Of a stretch of 24,000 bases of DNA, positions 23,178 through 24,000 are shown in pieces. Made by a program: the position numbers and the translations under genes. The notes beneath the pieces were generated by a model that was not told the DNA's origin, searched no databases, and saw only the letters and a list, made by a program, of their open reading frames with translations. Location of the stretch: contig NZ_JAGGMN010000001.1 of the NCBI RefSeq assembly GCF_017875325.1, forward strand, positions 1,484,140-1,508,139. The letters run 5' to 3'. Positions within the stretch are counted from its first letter, which is position 1, and every line of letters starts with the position of its first letter. Source of the stretch: Methanofollis sp. W23 (GTDB taxonomy: Archaea; Halobacteriota; Methanomicrobia; Methanomicrobiales; Methanofollaceae).

Positions 23178-23594
23178 TCAGATGTAGGTGTCCAGGATGA
23201 CCTGGTCGGAACCGTCAGTGAACTTTGCAGTTGCAACGACATGGTTCCGGTTGCCCTTCTCGACGCTCTTATTAATTTTCATTGAGTCACCCACTGTAAT
23301 ATTTCCAGGGAACGGGACTTTATTACCGTCATTGACATTTACAGTGACGTTCTGGACAAGACCAGCATCACTGCCACCCTGATATGTGACAGTGATTATC
23401 TGGTTGCCATTATTATCAACGCTGTGTGATGCAGTAGCAGCGACGCTCTTGGTGCCAGACATGTTGCCTGCCATGCCAAAGACAAACGCGGCGATGACGG
23501 CCGCGAGGATCACCGTGATGGCGACCATGAGGATGACGCCGATAACCGGCGACACAGCCTCGTCATTCTTCTCAAACTTCTCAAACAGTTTCAT
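23178..23594 (-). CDS. Archaeal type IV pilin-like protein (DUF1628 / class III signal peptide)
   Basis: 'MKLFEKFEKNDEAVSPVIGVILMVAITVILAAVIAAFVFGMAG' is the canonical DUF1628 N-terminus ((D/E)-A-VSPVIGVILMVAITV). The C-terminus is '...DGSDQVILDTYI'. Start at ATG 23594 with 'ggtggtga' upstream; the ORF-track start 23633 adds 13 unlikely residues. Confidence 0.85.
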   Translation of the reverse strand: MKLFEKFEKNDEAVSPVIGVILMVAITVILAAVIAAFVFGMAGNMSGTKSVAATASHSVDNNGNQIITVTYQGGSDAGLVQNVTVNVNDGNKVPFPGNITVGDSMKINKSVEKGNRNHVVATAKFTDGSDQVILDTYI

Positions 23595-24000
23595 CGGTTT
23601 CACCACCCTACCCTTACAGGTAGGATAGTACATGCTCTCATGGCACAGTATATGAACATTTTGATTTCATCGGACTTAGATCCAGTGGTCGTTATATATA
23701 TATTTTGATTTGAGTTTTTCAAAACACACCTGCGGGCCAGAAAATCCAGAATTTACGCGCCGATGAGATGCAGCGATGATACCCGGGCCTGCGCCCCAGA
23801 TCCACAGGCATAATCCCTGGAAATACGCGGCGAAATCGGTCCGAACTTCTATGAATATATATAAATGAGCCAGGGGTTTGTCGACCTTGAAGAGCACCAG
23901 GTCTGGGCAAAAAAATATCGCACGATTCTGGTATAAGAACTATCCGCAGATCATACAATGAAATATTTGTTACAACATTTAAAAAAAGAACATTCTGGAG

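Noticed and set aside
23676-23958. ORFs 23676..23897(-) and 23719..23958(-) in the AT-rich window end as small proteins.
   Set aside because: They overlap each other in different frames, lie in promoter-like (TA)n-rich DNA, and have odd composition with no start context. They were treated as non-coding.
1-24000. CRISPR array, IS element, transposase, integrase or prophage content as an explanation for the repeats.
   Set aside because: There are no short (25-40 nt) regularly spaced direct repeats with unique spacers. No ORF has transposase, integrase or Cas motifs. The repeat units are ~420 bp, degenerate and contiguous.

Overview
High-GC archaeal chromosomal segment, most likely from a Methanomicrobiales-type methanogen. 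This is inferred from coenzyme F430 biosynthesis genes, a methanogenesis-marker-9 domain protein, DUF1628-type archaeal pilins and TATA-box/oligo-T signals. Supported content, in window order: (1) a wtpB/wtpC-like tungstate/molybdate ABC permease and ATPase pair, then an acylphosphatase. (2) A REC-PAS-PAS response regulator. (3) A 609-aa secreted protein that joins two beta-sandwich-like N-terminal repeats to a complete prokaryotic pentameric ligand-gated ion channel (pLGIC). (4) Two small membrane proteins, tRNA-Glu(UUC) and a PRC-barrel protein. (5) A tightly packed minus-strand operon cfbA-cfbE-cfbD-cfbB-ilvE, with no cfbC. (6) An overlapping plus-strand trio: NifR3/Dus-like TIM barrel fused to marker domain 9, a CitG-like protein and a DUF447 protein. 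(7) A low-GC RelE/ParE toxin-antitoxin islet. (8) A 652-aa polytopic, possibly GT-C-like membrane protein, a 223-aa membrane protein and two archaeal type IV pilin-like genes. The most unusual feature is non-coding. Nearly every long intergenic spacer (7 loci, about 3.9 kb, roughly 16% of the window) is built from one GC-rich, internally palindromic repeat family of ~420 bp. It occurs in both orientations, as tandem, truncated and rearranged copies, with no transposase and no conserved reading frame. I do not recognise it as a described element. No rRNA, CRISPR array, IS element or prophage was seen.
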